Counted from the stretch's first letter, positions 1 to 10,333 are shown. The stretch is 64,000 bases of DNA from an uncultured virus (IMG/VR IMGVR_UViG_3300042569_003179) (IMGVR_UViG_3300042569_003179), one strand, 5' to 3'. Notes: generated from the sequence alone by a model not told the origin. Numbers and translations: made by a program.

Positions 1-6
1 TATGCT

Positions 7-270
7 TTATTTGACTTTGCGAATGATGAGGGTAACCCCAAAACTGCAGCCGCATCCAATCATTTGATCCGACTCTATGCCCACAAGTTCATAATCCGAA
101 TCGTCTTCGGGATCATCGGTGCAGACTAGCACATGGGCGGCGAGGCTATGGCTAGCAATCGTCCCATCCGGTTTCATACCAATGTCATCCAGAATAAGGG
201 AATATTCTCGGTTAAAGTCTTTTAGTTCCATGTTATGTGGTTCAGGTTGAACTAGGCAAAGTCTAAACAA
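7..270 (-). CDS. hypothetical protein
   Basis: ORF co-oriented with neighbours; no recognisable motif. Confidence 0.5.
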   Translation of the reverse strand: MFRLCLVQPEPHNMELKDFNREYSLILDDIGMKPDGTIASHSLAAHVLVCTDDPEDDSDYELVGIESDQMIGCGCSFGVTLIIRKVK

Positions 271-723
271 TCAAATCCCCATCGAAAGGTGCGCTTCATC
301 GCGAATCCCCTCAAGGATGACCCCAAGTTTGTTGGCGCCATCTCCGGTCACAACATCAACACCCCAATAAGTGTCTCCCCAAGTGTTGCCTTCGATTAGC
401 TTTGCGTTCCCTGTTTGTGCTAGGAGGTTTTTTAGATCTGGGTTCTGAAATTTAATGCGTAGTAACTCTTCCATAACTTTGTCTTTTCTAAGTTCCCACC
501 CTATAGGGTCAAAGTCCTTTAAAATGCCGTTGCGGTTCCCGGCGGCTTTAGCCTCGCTTGGAGACTGCATCTTTGCGATTTGGTGGCGAGTTTCGGAGTC
601 CTGAGTCTTAGCTGCTTGAAAGGCGTGTTCGACTGTGGGGTATTTGATCCCTTCGTATTCTAGAACGCTCTCATAAAAGTTTGACAGAAAGCTGAATTGG
701 CCTGAGAATTTGGTAATGGTCAT
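271..723 (-). CDS. NADAR family protein (YbiA/DUF1768-like ADP-ribosyl hydrolase)
   Basis: FLSNFY, YPTVEHAFQAAK, LIEGNTWGDTYWG and GANKLG motifs; ATG at 723 overlaps the upstream stop (ATGA). Confidence 0.92.
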   Translation of the reverse strand: MTITKFSGQFSFLSNFYESVLEYEGIKYPTVEHAFQAAKTQDSETRHQIAKMQSPSEAKAAGNRNGILKDFDPIGWELRKDKVMEELLRIKFQNPDLKNLLAQTGNAKLIEGNTWGDTYWGVDVVTGDGANKLGVILEGIRDEAHLSMGI

Positions 724-1070
724 TTGTCTCCGAATTCGATAAACAGATTCATTTCCCAATAGTCAAATTGATCTTGGATGGCGTCCTTCGCTTCGTTGTA
801 TTCTTCCTCGGTAAGGCAGCCGGGGTTCTGATATAGGACCTTCATTCTTTCTAAAGAATTTTGCAGGCCCCGGATATATTCAGATTTGTACTTGCGTTTT
901 TGGTATTCTTCCAAAGATTCCTTGACGCCGTCAGGCCAATAAATGGTGTCGGTTCGGGAGTCAAATCCTGGTAAGTCTCTGCTGAGGGCTTTGGAATTTT
1001 TAGCGGCTTGCTGATTGCACCATTCTTGTGCCCAGGAGAGTGGGCGAGTTGAGTCTGCTTCGAGTATCAT
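720..1070 (-). CDS. hypothetical protein
   Basis: ORF with ATGA coupling on both sides. Confidence 0.6.
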   Translation of the reverse strand: MILEADSTRPLSWAQEWCNQQAAKNSKALSRDLPGFDSRTDTIYWPDGVKESLEEYQKRKYKSEYIRGLQNSLERMKVLYQNPGCLTEEEYNEAKDAIQDQFDYWEMNLFIEFGDK

Positions 1071-1568
1071 TCTTTACCGTGAGGGTTGTAGTCTTTGTCG
1101 AGATTACATGTGACCCAGTTGATTTCATCTCGCATACTATACATTCTTCCGGACACAAAACCTCTCAGAAAAGTCTCAAAGGTTGAACCCAAACGAATGT
1201 CATCTTCGGGGGTTTGTCCCCACATGGTGCGGAAGGCTTCGATTGCTTCCGGCGTGGTTCCGGGCGGATATAGGTAGGTAGTGACTGTCATGTGTTGTGA
1301 ATGTTGGGGCGATGAATGTAGCAGGTAAGAGCAAGGAGTGTGATGCCGTATGACACCGGGATAGAATTCACAGGGGTTGACATGACCCCTACGGCCAAGG
1401 AAATACAAGCAATCAAACAATGGAAAGCAAAAATAATTGCTAGCTCCAGAGTGGAATTTCTTTGCCTATAACGGCGAATGTGCCAGTTTGCGTAGCGAAT
1501 TAGGGGGAGCATTTTATTTCAGGGATAAACTTTTGGGCATCAGCCAACGGGTCCTTTGGGCACTGGCA

Positions 1569-2660
1569 TCAGCCACTCTTCTTCCCCTTAGATAGCAACC
1601 ACTCATTACTAATGGCCTTAAAGGAAAACTCAGAGTCATTGGACTTGAATACTAAGCCCTCACGTTTAACGTTAGGATTCATGGACGGGCCATCGGCGTA
1701 CGCTAGTAGCTCATCTAGGTTGGCGAAACTATCGGTTACACACATTGCGGGGTGTAGGACAGGGGCATGGGTTAAATCAGCGCCTAATGGAACCAGGTAC
1801 TTGTCCAAGAGGTTCATTCTGGCCCCTGGCTTCATGTAGGTCTGGTTGTCGATATCGAAGATGTCGAACAGATATAGCCGTTGTCCCTTGATTCCTTCCT
1901 GATTGCCCTGGATGCCTTCTCCAAGGGTTTCCGACTGCAAGGCAATACTGTGACCAGTCTTCCCATTGTATGCAAGCATAGCATCGATAATGCCCTGGTC
2001 CCTAGCAGCCTTCCAGAAACTATTGCCTTCGGTTTCCTTGAGATCAAGGTTACGGCTGCAAACCCCAATGTCACCGTCTTTGACGTAAATCGTACATGAA
2101 GATCCGTCGAGCTTCAGGGTAACTTCGTAGGTCTCATTCCTGTGGGTCTCAAAGATTTCGCTAGCGATATTCTGACAACGTTCCTGGTCTGTCTTCACAA
2201 GGAAGCTCGGGAAGTTGCCTTTTGCAATGCCAGCCAAACAAGCCGGTACAGGAGCCTCCCATTTCTGAATGCCGAGAATTTCGGTTACGTCGTCTCCTTC
2301 CTGAAGGCCCCTCTCAAATGCGGTGACATAGTAACTGAAGTCTACATAGAGCTTTAGAGAAATAGGCAACAGCAACCCTTGGCTGAGTTGCCCACGGAGC
2401 TTAACGGTCTTGAGACGTTCGCCCTTCACGCCGTTATACTCACGGGGCTCTTTCCCATTAGAAAGGAAGGGCGCCAACTCGTGAGGAATAAATGAGTCGG
2501 GTTCTGCGTAAATTACCAAATCCCCTACTTCATACTTCCCCACAGAATCCACAACCCACCAGCCATTCACACGGTAGGCACAGATTCTATCGGCTTCAGG
2601 GATGGGGCGAATCTCAGCAATGCGCTGGACAGATGCAAGTTTGCGTTCGATGTTTGCCAT
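1569..2660 (-). CDS. RNA ligase, DRB0094/Rnl2-like family
   Basis: N-terminal OB-like domain (RKLASVQRI...KLRGQLSQGLLLP), motif I KLDGSS, EGLVFK and FKAISNEWLL motifs. Confidence 0.92.
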   Translation of the reverse strand: MANIERKLASVQRIAEIRPIPEADRICAYRVNGWWVVDSVGKYEVGDLVIYAEPDSFIPHELAPFLSNGKEPREYNGVKGERLKTVKLRGQLSQGLLLPISLKLYVDFSYYVTAFERGLQEGDDVTEILGIQKWEAPVPACLAGIAKGNFPSFLVKTDQERCQNIASEIFETHRNETYEVTLKLDGSSCTIYVKDGDIGVCSRNLDLKETEGNSFWKAARDQGIIDAMLAYNGKTGHSIALQSETLGEGIQGNQEGIKGQRLYLFDIFDIDNQTYMKPGARMNLLDKYLVPLGADLTHAPVLHPAMCVTDSFANLDELLAYADGPSMNPNVKREGLVFKSNDSEFSFKAISNEWLLSKGKKSG

Positions 2661-2722
2661 GTTGACTTCGGGGTTTGACTTTGGGTGTTAAGTGGGTGAA
2701 AATTTACGAACTAAGTTTATTT

Positions 2723-3016
2723 TCAGATAGGGTTCCTTGGCACTCTACGAATTTCACTATAATGGCCATCATAGCAAACTTCAAAATAGACGTAGTCCTT
2801 TGACCATGCTAGGAACTCCCTACCGCAACTAAACCCGAACCCGAACCCCATTACCTCACCACTCCCCATACTGACGGGGTTATTCATTTCCCGGTCTGAC
2901 AGGGAGATTTTCTCAATGTCGTCCAACGTCTCCCCAAATTCAGAAAGAGCTTGTTTGAACCAGTCAAGGTTAGTAATTGTTGATGATTCCATTGATCTCC
3001 TAGAAGTAAATGTCAT
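2723..3016 (-). CDS. hypothetical protein
   Basis: ORF ending in phage-typical YF..YDG...VPRNP. Confidence 0.6.
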   Translation of the reverse strand: MTFTSRRSMESSTITNLDWFKQALSEFGETLDDIEKISLSDREMNNPVSMGSGEVMGFGFGFSCGREFLAWSKDYVYFEVCYDGHYSEIRRVPRNPI

Positions 3017-3025
3017 TGTGGGGTT

Positions 3026-3346
3026 TTACGCCTGGGGGCCATACATAGGGCTAAGAAATGCGCCTAAGTTGCCATCCGGCTGGACTACATCCGCTACCTT
3101 CATAATTGCCCTATGGCAGTCCCGTCTTTGACGAATTCCGCCTAGTTTGTATGCAGATAGGGCGTAAGATTGGGCTAATTCTAGGAACGAATCCCGGATA
3201 CCTGGTGGTAACTTTTCAATTTTGTTTCGGGTTTCCTCGGGAATACCCAACCAAAGTGCTTCTAGGTCGGCTTCCGTTTTAGGGTCGGGGATGGAAATCA
3301 GGATGTTGGTCATTGGGGGTGATGGGGATGTGGTGGGATGATGCAA
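3026..3346 (-). CDS. hypothetical protein
   Basis: co-oriented ORF. Confidence 0.55.
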   Translation of the reverse strand: MHHPTTSPSPPMTNILISIPDPKTEADLEALWLGIPEETRNKIEKLPPGIRDSFLELAQSYALSAYKLGGIRQRRDCHRAIMKVADVVQPDGNLGAFLSPMYGPQA

Positions 3347-3371
3347 TCATCATAGCACGTTTTCCTGGAGT

Positions 3372-3740
3372 TTATGCCTGGCTAGCCTTAGCAGCTTCCA
3401 CAACCTGACGCAACCGGAACACTGTTGCGCGGTCTGGCAAGAGCCTACTGTGCCAATCGTAATTGAGGTCGAAATTAATAATATCCTCCCAAGTGTAACC
3501 ATAGGCGAACGGAAAATTACCAACCCAAAGCCTTAAGTCCCCTAACAGGATTGTGCAGACCACTCTACTATTATAACTCCGCTCCAAAATAAGGCCCGTA
3601 TCAGGATCATCCAGAAGTTGATTTATTTTTTGAGAGTGAGTTTTAGAAGTCCTATAGTTGCGTATGTATGTTCCAAAATGTGTCCAATAGAGAATTTTAT
3701 CCCTAATACTAGATTCGATAGCAATGTCAGAGATTTTCAT
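3372..3740 (-). CDS. hypothetical protein
   Basis: ORF downstream of a box promoter, AC-rich leader. Confidence 0.65.
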   Translation of the reverse strand: MKISDIAIESSIRDKILYWTHFGTYIRNYRTSKTHSQKINQLLDDPDTGLILERSYNSRVVCTILLGDLRLWVGNFPFAYGYTWEDIINFDLNYDWHSRLLPDRATVFRLRQVVEAAKASQA

Positions 3741-3782
3741 TGTTTGTCTTTTGGTGTTTGTTTTGGTGGGGTTTACGCGGTA

Positions 3783-3846
3783 AACCTAGCATTTTCGCCA
3801 TGCAAAAACAAGGGTGCGAACCGAACCGGCTAGGCCGGTTAACCGC
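3783..3846 (-). promoter_or_regulatory. sigma70-like promoter with double CGGTT(AACCG) box
   Basis: minus strand GCGGTTAACCG...CGGTTCGCACCC-TTGTTT-N17-TAGGTT. Confidence 0.65.
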
Positions 3847-3848
3847 TC

Positions 3849-4781
3849 TCACGCCAATAGTTCCTGGCGGACTTCTTCCCTTAACGCTGCGATTTTGCCA
3901 AGAGCAGAAGTGTAAGCAGAACGAGAAGTTTTCACGGGTGAAATACCCGACACCACCCTATAAATATCATCAAGGTCGCTAAGCACTTCTCCAGCATTTT
4001 TCAGATTTGGCTTAGTTCTGTGCTTCGCAATGAATAGTTTTACTCCGGTTTCTACTCGCTTCTGGAGCCGTTCCTTTTCGTGCTTGCACTGCTCTAACGT
4101 ACCGATGAAAGCATTGGCACGAGAATAATCCATATCGTTAAACCCTAGGTAAATACCATCGATCTGTGCGAATCGAATCCCAGATTGGGTACTTCCACCC
4201 AGAGTGTAGGTTAGCTCACGGGATTCACAATAAGCCTTAAACTCTCGAACCGAAATTGCAAGGCGATCTAGAGAGTATAAGTGTGCCTTAGAGACCATTC
4301 CGGGTGCGTTCCATAGGCTCCGGATATCAGGATCTCCAGAATTCGTTCTAATCTCAGTCAGTTCGACTGTTACAGGCTCTCTTTCGAATTTGTCCTCAGT
4401 ATAAACTGGAGTCCAGGTTTTGAGGAAACGTCTATAGGAGAACTCCTGGTCAAGATCCGAAAAAGAATAACAATCGCTGTACTCGCTGTCTTCTGTAGCT
4501 CCGACTAAAAGCGAACTCTTTTCCGACGTATAGGATTCAACAGATTTAATCTCCCCCTGTTCATCCACGTAATGTGAAATTACGCCAGGGATTTTTCGGA
4601 CGCTTTTGATGCTTAATGGGTCTGAAACAACGAAAGTATTTGCACTTACTGGGACCCCGTCTACTTCCAGGCTGCGATAGTCTCTAGTAACAAGGTAGCT
4701 CCCCTCATTAACAAGGTGGATGGCTTTTAGGTTTACGGTCATTGGTTTCGGGTTGGTGTTGTCGGGAGCCCTTGTCCACAA
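3849..4781 (-). CDS. hypothetical protein
   Basis: 310-aa ORF; likely start at the internal MTVNLK. Confidence 0.7.
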   Translation of the reverse strand: MWTRAPDNTNPKPMTVNLKAIHLVNEGSYLVTRDYRSLEVDGVPVSANTFVVSDPLSIKSVRKIPGVISHYVDEQGEIKSVESYTSEKSSLLVGATEDSEYSDCYSFSDLDQEFSYRRFLKTWTPVYTEDKFEREPVTVELTEIRTNSGDPDIRSLWNAPGMVSKAHLYSLDRLAISVREFKAYCESRELTYTLGGSTQSGIRFAQIDGIYLGFNDMDYSRANAFIGTLEQCKHEKERLQKRVETGVKLFIAKHRTKPNLKNAGEVLSDLDDIYRVVSGISPVKTSRSAYTSALGKIAALREEVRQELLA

Positions 4782-4811
4782 TGGTCGGGGCTTTTCTTCG
4801 GAGTTTCCCCA

Positions 4812-4856
4812 AGTATAGGGCTTTTTCTTTGCTAAGCAAAGGGCGGTTAACCGCCC
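4812..4856 (-). promoter_or_regulatory. sigma70-like promoter with palindromic box
   Basis: GGGCGGTTAACCGCCC followed by (T)TTGCTT-N16/17-TATACT. Confidence 0.7.
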
Positions 4857-4883
4857 TCAGGGCAACGCGAAGAGTTGGGGGAT

Positions 4884-5195
4884 TTATTCAACGTCTAATT
4901 TGTATATATTGTTTAAAATAACGCTAACATCAATTTCTTCTTCTGGCTCATCTTCCCCGTCAACCCGAAAGTAATCATAGTAATTCTCTAGATATGTGGC
5001 CAAGTCTTCCAGTGCCTCTTCCATCGTATGGAATCCAAACCATTTCGACTCATGGTGTCTTCTCGCAAGGTTCGAAGAAGGATTCAACTGCCAAGTCCAC
5101 CGTTCCCACCATTCACCCTCATCTCTTTTCGGAGCGTTGGAAATTGTGAAGGTGTAACCGGGTGGAAAAATATCGTAGAAGCGGTTTAGGTTCAT
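4884..5195 (-). CDS. hypothetical protein
   Basis: co-oriented ORF. Confidence 0.6.
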   Translation of the reverse strand: MNLNRFYDIFPPGYTFTISNAPKRDEGEWWERWTWQLNPSSNLARRHHESKWFGFHTMEEALEDLATYLENYYDYFRVDGEDEPEEEIDVSVILNNIYKLDVE

Positions 5196-5213
5196 TGTTT
5201 GTCTTCAGTTACC

Positions 5214-5528
5214 TTACGAGTCAATTACAGGATACAGCAGTTTTAAGGTGTTTTCCGCGCCCCAACTTTGTATTAGGGGCCCACACTTACGTTCTGTCAG
5301 TTTCCGTTTGTCCCTGTTGTAAACCTTAAAGCATTGCACCATAGCGTAACCTGGTGCGCCGGGATGAGGGAAGTATTCCTCAACAATTTCAAAAAGTTCA
5401 AAGTCCAGGTCATCATTTTTAGTAAAGTAGCATATATGTTTCGTCTTTAATGGAGGATCATTAGTGTTTACAAAATAAACATGTGTTTGCTCTTCGTTAT
5501 TCTCTGTAACTTGTTTACGGTCAGTCAT
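5214..5528 (-). CDS. hypothetical protein
   Basis: ORF directly downstream of a promoter. Confidence 0.6.
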   Translation of the reverse strand: MTDRKQVTENNEEQTHVYFVNTNDPPLKTKHICYFTKNDDLDFELFEIVEEYFPHPGAPGYAMVQCFKVYNRDKRKLTERKCGPLIQSWGAENTLKLLYPVIDS

Positions 5529-5563
5529 TGTTAGCGATCAGAAAAGTCGGGAGTATCCAAATA

Positions 5564-5608
5564 AGTATAGCGGCATTGTAGACCTATGGCAAGGGCGGTT
5601 AACCGTCC
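5564..5608 (-). promoter_or_regulatory. sigma70-like promoter with palindromic box
   Basis: GGACGGTTAACCGCCC-TTGCCA-N17-TATACT. Confidence 0.75.
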
Positions 5609-6078
5609 TGATCCCCTCTTTTACTTTCTGGGGCCGACCGCAGACCCAAACTTATTGTAAGTCTTGACATCGACTCAAGGTCTTCACGACATCTTTTAGT
5701 TCTAAAATTTCCAGTGAGTCTACCCGTGTGCCACCCCACTCATTAATGTAAACTTTGTGGTGATCCCCGTCATTGTAACAACGGATCGTGGATTCCCCCG
5801 TCTTTAACCAGTGGGCAGTGTCTTCGAGCCACTCTCCGAATTTTTGCCCCAGGGTTTCAAACATAATGGCAACTAGAAGGAATCCAAATCAATACAATCG
5901 TCTAAAATCAGTTCCTCAGGTAACAACCCCTTAGCAACAACCTCCTGATGGTCTATGCAACGATCAAAAGCCAAGGGCCTTGCCTTGTAACAATCCCATA
6001 ACAACAGATTCCGAAACCATTCACCCGGTCGCATGTCTAGTTTGGTTGCGATTTCAGGCGTTATCTTCTGGATTGGTA

Positions 6079-6471
6079 TCACAATGACTGGTTCAAGAAT
6101 TTTCTCAGTAGGTCAACCCACAGATTGTCCTTAGGGTCATTAAAGTCAAAGTCAATCTCAACATAACCTAATTTACTACTGGGTAGTATAGCGTGAAACC
6201 ATCCTGTTTTTTCTGGGGAAATGTCCAAGCTGGGTTGGAGCCCCGGCAGAAACCATTCCAGGACTAATCCGCCCTCAAACATCTTTATAAATAAGGTCGG
6301 GTAATCCAGCCCAGGAAAATTTTCTTTGTAAAAGTCAAAGAACCAACCTTCAAACCAATCTAGCAACTCGACTGTTGGGGCTTTCCCCTCGCCATCCCGC
6401 CACCCATCTCGCAATGAGCGGACCCTAAGTAGGTTGGCTTTGAATTTGCTTTCGGTTTTTGCTTCAATCAT
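6079..6471 (-). CDS. hypothetical protein
   Basis: L.DGW.DG.G..P...GG...EW pattern seen in phage hypotheticals. Confidence 0.6.
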   Translation of the reverse strand: MIEAKTESKFKANLLRVRSLRDGWRDGEGKAPTVELLDWFEGWFFDFYKENFPGLDYPTLFIKMFEGGLVLEWFLPGLQPSLDISPEKTGWFHAILPSSKLGYVEIDFDFNDPKDNLWVDLLRKFLNQSL

Positions 6472-6646
6472 AGTAGTTTAAGGGGAAGCCAGATTCAATC
6501 GTCAAGAAATGCAGCCAAAACCAGGGCCAAGTGATGTGGCCGGTAAGTTCCAGACCGATAAACAAAACAGTAAGCAAACCAGAGAATCCAATCCCTGAAG
6601 AAGATGATGATGACATTTGTGTGCGGCGGCGAGAACGGTAGGACAT
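6464..6646 (-). CDS. small membrane protein
   Basis: GIGFSGLLTVLFIGLELTGHITWPWFW hydrophobic motif common in phages. Confidence 0.6.
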   Translation of the reverse strand: MSYRSRRRTQMSSSSSSGIGFSGLLTVLFIGLELTGHITWPWFWLHFLTIESGFPLNYYD

Positions 6647-8018
6647 TTGGTGTTCTAAGAGGTAAAATCATTTGAAGTTTTCAAGTTTTCGGACAGGGAG
6701 ATAATTTGATTTTATCACCGGTGTCCTGCCCCAACCCCAACCTCTTCACTGCTTGAATGATTTCTGCAGTTTTATCGTTGACTTCGGAAAGGCTGAACCG
6801 GCCATCAAACAAGATATCTTGAATCGCGGACTCTAGACTACCCCAAGTTGGGAGGCTACGTGTACTAAGAAAGGACTTTTTTGGGCCCAATCGTTGTACT
6901 CCTGGATAGTTAAATCTGTTTCATTTTTGTAGGGGGAACCCAGATAATTGCCTGAATACTTGAGTAATAACTCGCTCATGTCAAGGGCAATTCGTTGTAA
7001 ATCTCTCGTTTTTGTCATCGATTATTACCAACCCTTGAGGGCATCATTTACCCCTTTAATGAAACGTTGGTAATTAGCCTCAGTTTCGGATTCTGAATCA
7101 AAATTCACTTCGACTTTTTCTCCATCTGATAATACGACCCAAACAAACCCTTTCAGGCTGCTGGTGCAGAAGTGATGGGAAACTCTCTTAACATCTTTCG
7201 CTGATACTGCTTTATTTCCGATTGTGATTAGCATGGTTTTGTGTTTTAGTTAGTTAGTTAAGTGAAGCTTTTTGTCCGTCGGTCTGTTGGTGGCTAGTCT
7301 TCGGTGTTGTTTGGGGGACCGTTTTAGGCAACATCACCATTGGTAACATTCCCGATGTCATTAACTTTAAGGCAATTGCCTTGGCATGGGCATTCATAGA
7401 TTTCATTTTCCATGGGTCGCCCAGCTCTGAGGTCACCTATGTAACAACAAGCTTCTCCCATTATGGTTGCCATTTCTGGCATCAACTCATCGTGATAATC
7501 TCCTAAGCAATCTTGAGCGGCTTTACAGGAAGGCAACCAGGACCAAAGATCGAAAGCTCTGTCTTGTCTTTCCTCCAATTGTTTGGAGAACCTAATTAAA
7601 TCGTTTTCGAGTGACATTTTGATTGGGTGTAGGGTAGCTAAGGGGGTATGGACCCACACCCAGTATAGGAGACCCTAAGGCAAGTGACTAGTGGTGAAAA
7701 CCGAACATGCCACCCTGGCCCATACCTAACTATATTTAGCGGGGGGCACCAGATTTGTCAAATCTGCAGGCAGTAGTTCTATCATATAGATTGAATTCCG
7801 GAGGATAAACGGATTCAGCACAATTGCATTACCTTTTTCATCTTGCAAGGTATATGAGTTATCTTCCTTATGGCATCCATCCCCTAGCTCTTCCAACTCT
7901 GTGGTTAAGACTTCGTACCTCTCCCTGGAATAAGGCTCGTGTCTTGTTGCGATGATTCCGAAATCTTTTGTAATAATTTTTACTCTCATTTTGCTTGTGG
8001 GTGTGGATTCAGTTGTTG

Positions 8019-8867
8019 TCAATCTTCGTCGTTATCGCTGCCATCGGTATCGTACCAGCTATCGTCCCCATCGGTATCATCCTCGATGTCATCATCCCCA
8101 TCGGCATCATCATCACCACCGGTACCGTACCAGCCATCGTCCCCATCGGTATCTTCCTCGATATCGTCATCATCACTACCGGCATCATCATCATCATCAG
8201 CATCCCTAAGTCTCAAAACTCTGGCTGATCTATAATTGAAGGTCTTGTTGGGGTCCCCACCTAATTTTTTCATCCTGTTATATTGAGCTTCAATCTCACC
8301 AAATTCTACCATTTTAGCCAACAAGTATAGCCTCTCACAAGAGGAAATAAAAGTAGTGGCCGACCCGCAGAGGTAAGTCAAACGGGCTTCTTCCATAATT
8401 TTTTCTTTATCATCGGGGTTATCATCGAGCCAAACAAGCATCTTTTTATATGCGTCTTTGCTATTCTTGTGCCATATCTTACTAGATGTTTTTTCCTTCC
8501 CTTTCCAAGACGGCGATGGAACTTCTAGCCAATCTGGATATTCCCCTATGAAGCGACTTCGGACGATTCTGGTGATGCTTTGAGTATGCCTGGCCCCGGA
8601 AATTACCCTAATCTCTTCAATCAAGTCCTTGGCATCTTGAAATTCCTTGAATAGCTTTTTAAGACTCCTCATTGCATTAGGGTAGTTATCACTCCCCATT
8701 GCTTCGGTGAAGGCATCAAGCTTTTCTTTGTACCGGGCAAGGAGTTTAAATCTGGATTGTATTACCCTGATAGCATTAATTAGAAGCTTAGTGTCGGTTA
8801 GCTTCATTAGTTCGTCTTGAACTTCAAGGAGATAAGTCCTTGAGTATTTCATATTTTGTAACGTCAT
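8019..8867 (-). CDS. hypothetical protein with duplicated Asp-rich C-terminal tail
   Basis: 282-aa ORF; tail carries DDDIE(E/D)DTDGDD(G/S)WY twice. Confidence 0.7.
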   Translation of the reverse strand: MTLQNMKYSRTYLLEVQDELMKLTDTKLLINAIRVIQSRFKLLARYKEKLDAFTEAMGSDNYPNAMRSLKKLFKEFQDAKDLIEEIRVISGARHTQSITRIVRSRFIGEYPDWLEVPSPSWKGKEKTSSKIWHKNSKDAYKKMLVWLDDNPDDKEKIMEEARLTYLCGSATTFISSCERLYLLAKMVEFGEIEAQYNRMKKLGGDPNKTFNYRSARVLRLRDADDDDDAGSDDDDIEEDTDGDDGWYGTGGDDDADGDDDIEDDTDGDDSWYDTDGSDNDED

Positions 8868-8923
8868 TTTGTTTCGTAGTAGTTTTTGTTTAAGGGGATT
8901 TTACTGCTTAGATTTTACCCCTT

Positions 8924-8970
8924 GCTATTGGGTTAATTGCTGTTGGGCCGAATAGGATACAGGCTGACTC
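8924..8970. repeat. direct repeat, copy 1 (copy 2 at 9843-9890)
   Basis: gggttaattgctgttggg(c/a)cgaataggatacaggctgactct present twice; minus strand encodes RVSLYPIRPNSN*. Confidence 0.85.
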
Positions 8971-9007
8971 TCGCCTGAGTAAGATGTTCGTCATGTGTCC
9001 AAATAGT

Positions 9008-9364
9008 TCAATCCCCGTGCCCATCACCCAATCGACTCTCAAGTAGACGCTTTATGGTATCTCCATGACAACGCTTCGGGGCGCAATGGCAGATTAGCTC
9101 TAGTGTTTGAACTTCGGGATTTCTAGCAATTGCAAGCAACTGCTGAAATTGGGTTAATTCTGCCCCTCTCTGTAACAATTTAGGTGGCAACCATTGCTCA
9201 TAGGAATCACAGACTCGGTCCCTTTCTGCTTGGCTATAGTTAGCCATTACGAACGGGTTCCCTAAAGATGTGCTGCGGTCTATCGCCACCCTGACGGTAC
9301 CTTTAGGCGGTGCTAAGGGTCTTCCGCTAATGCGGCTTTTATTGACTACTTTGATTTCAGCCAT
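9008..9364 (-). CDS. DUF4326 domain protein
   Basis: IDRSTSLGNPF and LICHCAPKRCHGD motifs. Confidence 0.85.
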   Translation of the reverse strand: MAEIKVVNKSRISGRPLAPPKGTVRVAIDRSTSLGNPFVMANYSQAERDRVCDSYEQWLPPKLLQRGAELTQFQQLLAIARNPEVQTLELICHCAPKRCHGDTIKRLLESRLGDGHGD

Positions 9365-9838
9365 TTATGCTATGTGTTGAAAAGAACTAGGAGTGGCTAC
9401 CAACAATCCCTTAAACTCACGATTGGGTGGGCAATATCGTTTTGTCAAGTCTTTGGGGTCTCCCTCATCGTAGGTAACCTTGTTACCCTCTTCATCCATC
9501 AATTTCTCAACGAATACGTGACCATTACGGACACTCTGAATAAGGTAAACAGAGTGGGTTTGAATGAATACCGATTTAAGATTGGGGAAACATACTACCA
9601 TTCGCTCAGGAATAGCCCTCAGTTCTAGCATGTTTGCCCATCGCTCGGGGTACTCAAGGTCGAATTCTTCTACGGTGAGATCCACTTCGCATTTGTCAAA
9701 CATCTGCTCAAGGATGTTCTTTCCACGGTATTGAAACATGTATGAAATACTGTCTCGGAGGTTCGGACGAGTAGCTACTTGAACTGTGAAGTCAATTTCT
9801 TCACCCTTCGAGTTGAGATAGTGTTGTGATTTGGTCAT
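9365..9838 (-). CDS. hypothetical protein
   Basis: co-oriented ORF. Confidence 0.65.
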   Translation of the reverse strand: MTKSQHYLNSKGEEIDFTVQVATRPNLRDSISYMFQYRGKNILEQMFDKCEVDLTVEEFDLEYPERWANMLELRAIPERMVVCFPNLKSVFIQTHSVYLIQSVRNGHVFVEKLMDEEGNKVTYDEGDPKDLTKRYCPPNREFKGLLVATPSSFQHIA

Positions 9839-9851
9839 TTTTGCTAATGGG

Positions 9852-10067
9852 TTAATTGCTGTTGGGACGAATAGGATACAGGCTGACTCTTACTGTGTAC
9901 CACTGATGGTGGGTCAATGTCCAAATGTCCCAATCAGCGTACCCAACACGGTAAGACTTACCATCCAGAGTTAGGAAGCTATCTCTTGCGGGGATCGCGG
10001 GGAGTTCCACTTCGCTACAGATATAAGAATTACCATCGTCAGCGTTTGTGAATTGAATTAGAATTAT
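9852..10067 (-). CDS. 71-codon paralog of 10118..10333 beginning with ATA (absent from the ORF track)
   Basis: IILIQFTNADDGNSYICSEVELPAIPARDSFLTLDGKSYRVGYADWDI aligns with MYEITFTNA...AIPAKGSTLALDQRHYRVGDAHWDI. Confidence 0.6.
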   Translation of the reverse strand: MILIQFTNADDGNSYICSEVELPAIPARDSFLTLDGKSYRVGYADWDIWTLTHHQWYTVRVSLYPIRPNSN

Positions 10068-10117
10068 TTTGTGGTTGGTGGGGGTAGGTTGGTGCTATGG
10101 GGTTAGAAACCGGTGAG

Positions 10118-10333
10118 TCAATCCAAGGGGAACAACTCGATTGTCACGGTGATGTTTGCCCCCATCTTGAACTTCTCAAAGCCAATATCCCAATGTGCAT
10201 CACCGACACGATAGTGTCTTTGATCCAGGGCTAACGTGCTGCCTTTTGCGGGAATAGCGTTCATCACTACCCGGTAGTCACATTCGATGACTTTATTTCC
10301 GAGGTGGGCGTTTGTGAATGTGATTTCGTACAT
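10118..10333 (-). CDS. hypothetical protein (small paralog family)
   Basis: has an adjacent paralog. Confidence 0.7.
   Translation of the reverse strand: MYEITFTNAHLGNKVIECDYRVVMNAIPAKGSTLALDQRHYRVGDAHWDIGFEKFKMGANITVTIELFPLD

Noticed and set aside
7939..8235. Plus-strand His-, Ser- and Ile-rich ORFs
   Set aside because: Antisense shadows of the Asp-rich repeat in 8019..8867
8924..9890. Repeat pair as DGR template/variable repeats
   Set aside because: Too few differences to show adenine-specific mutagenesis and no reverse transcriptase in the window
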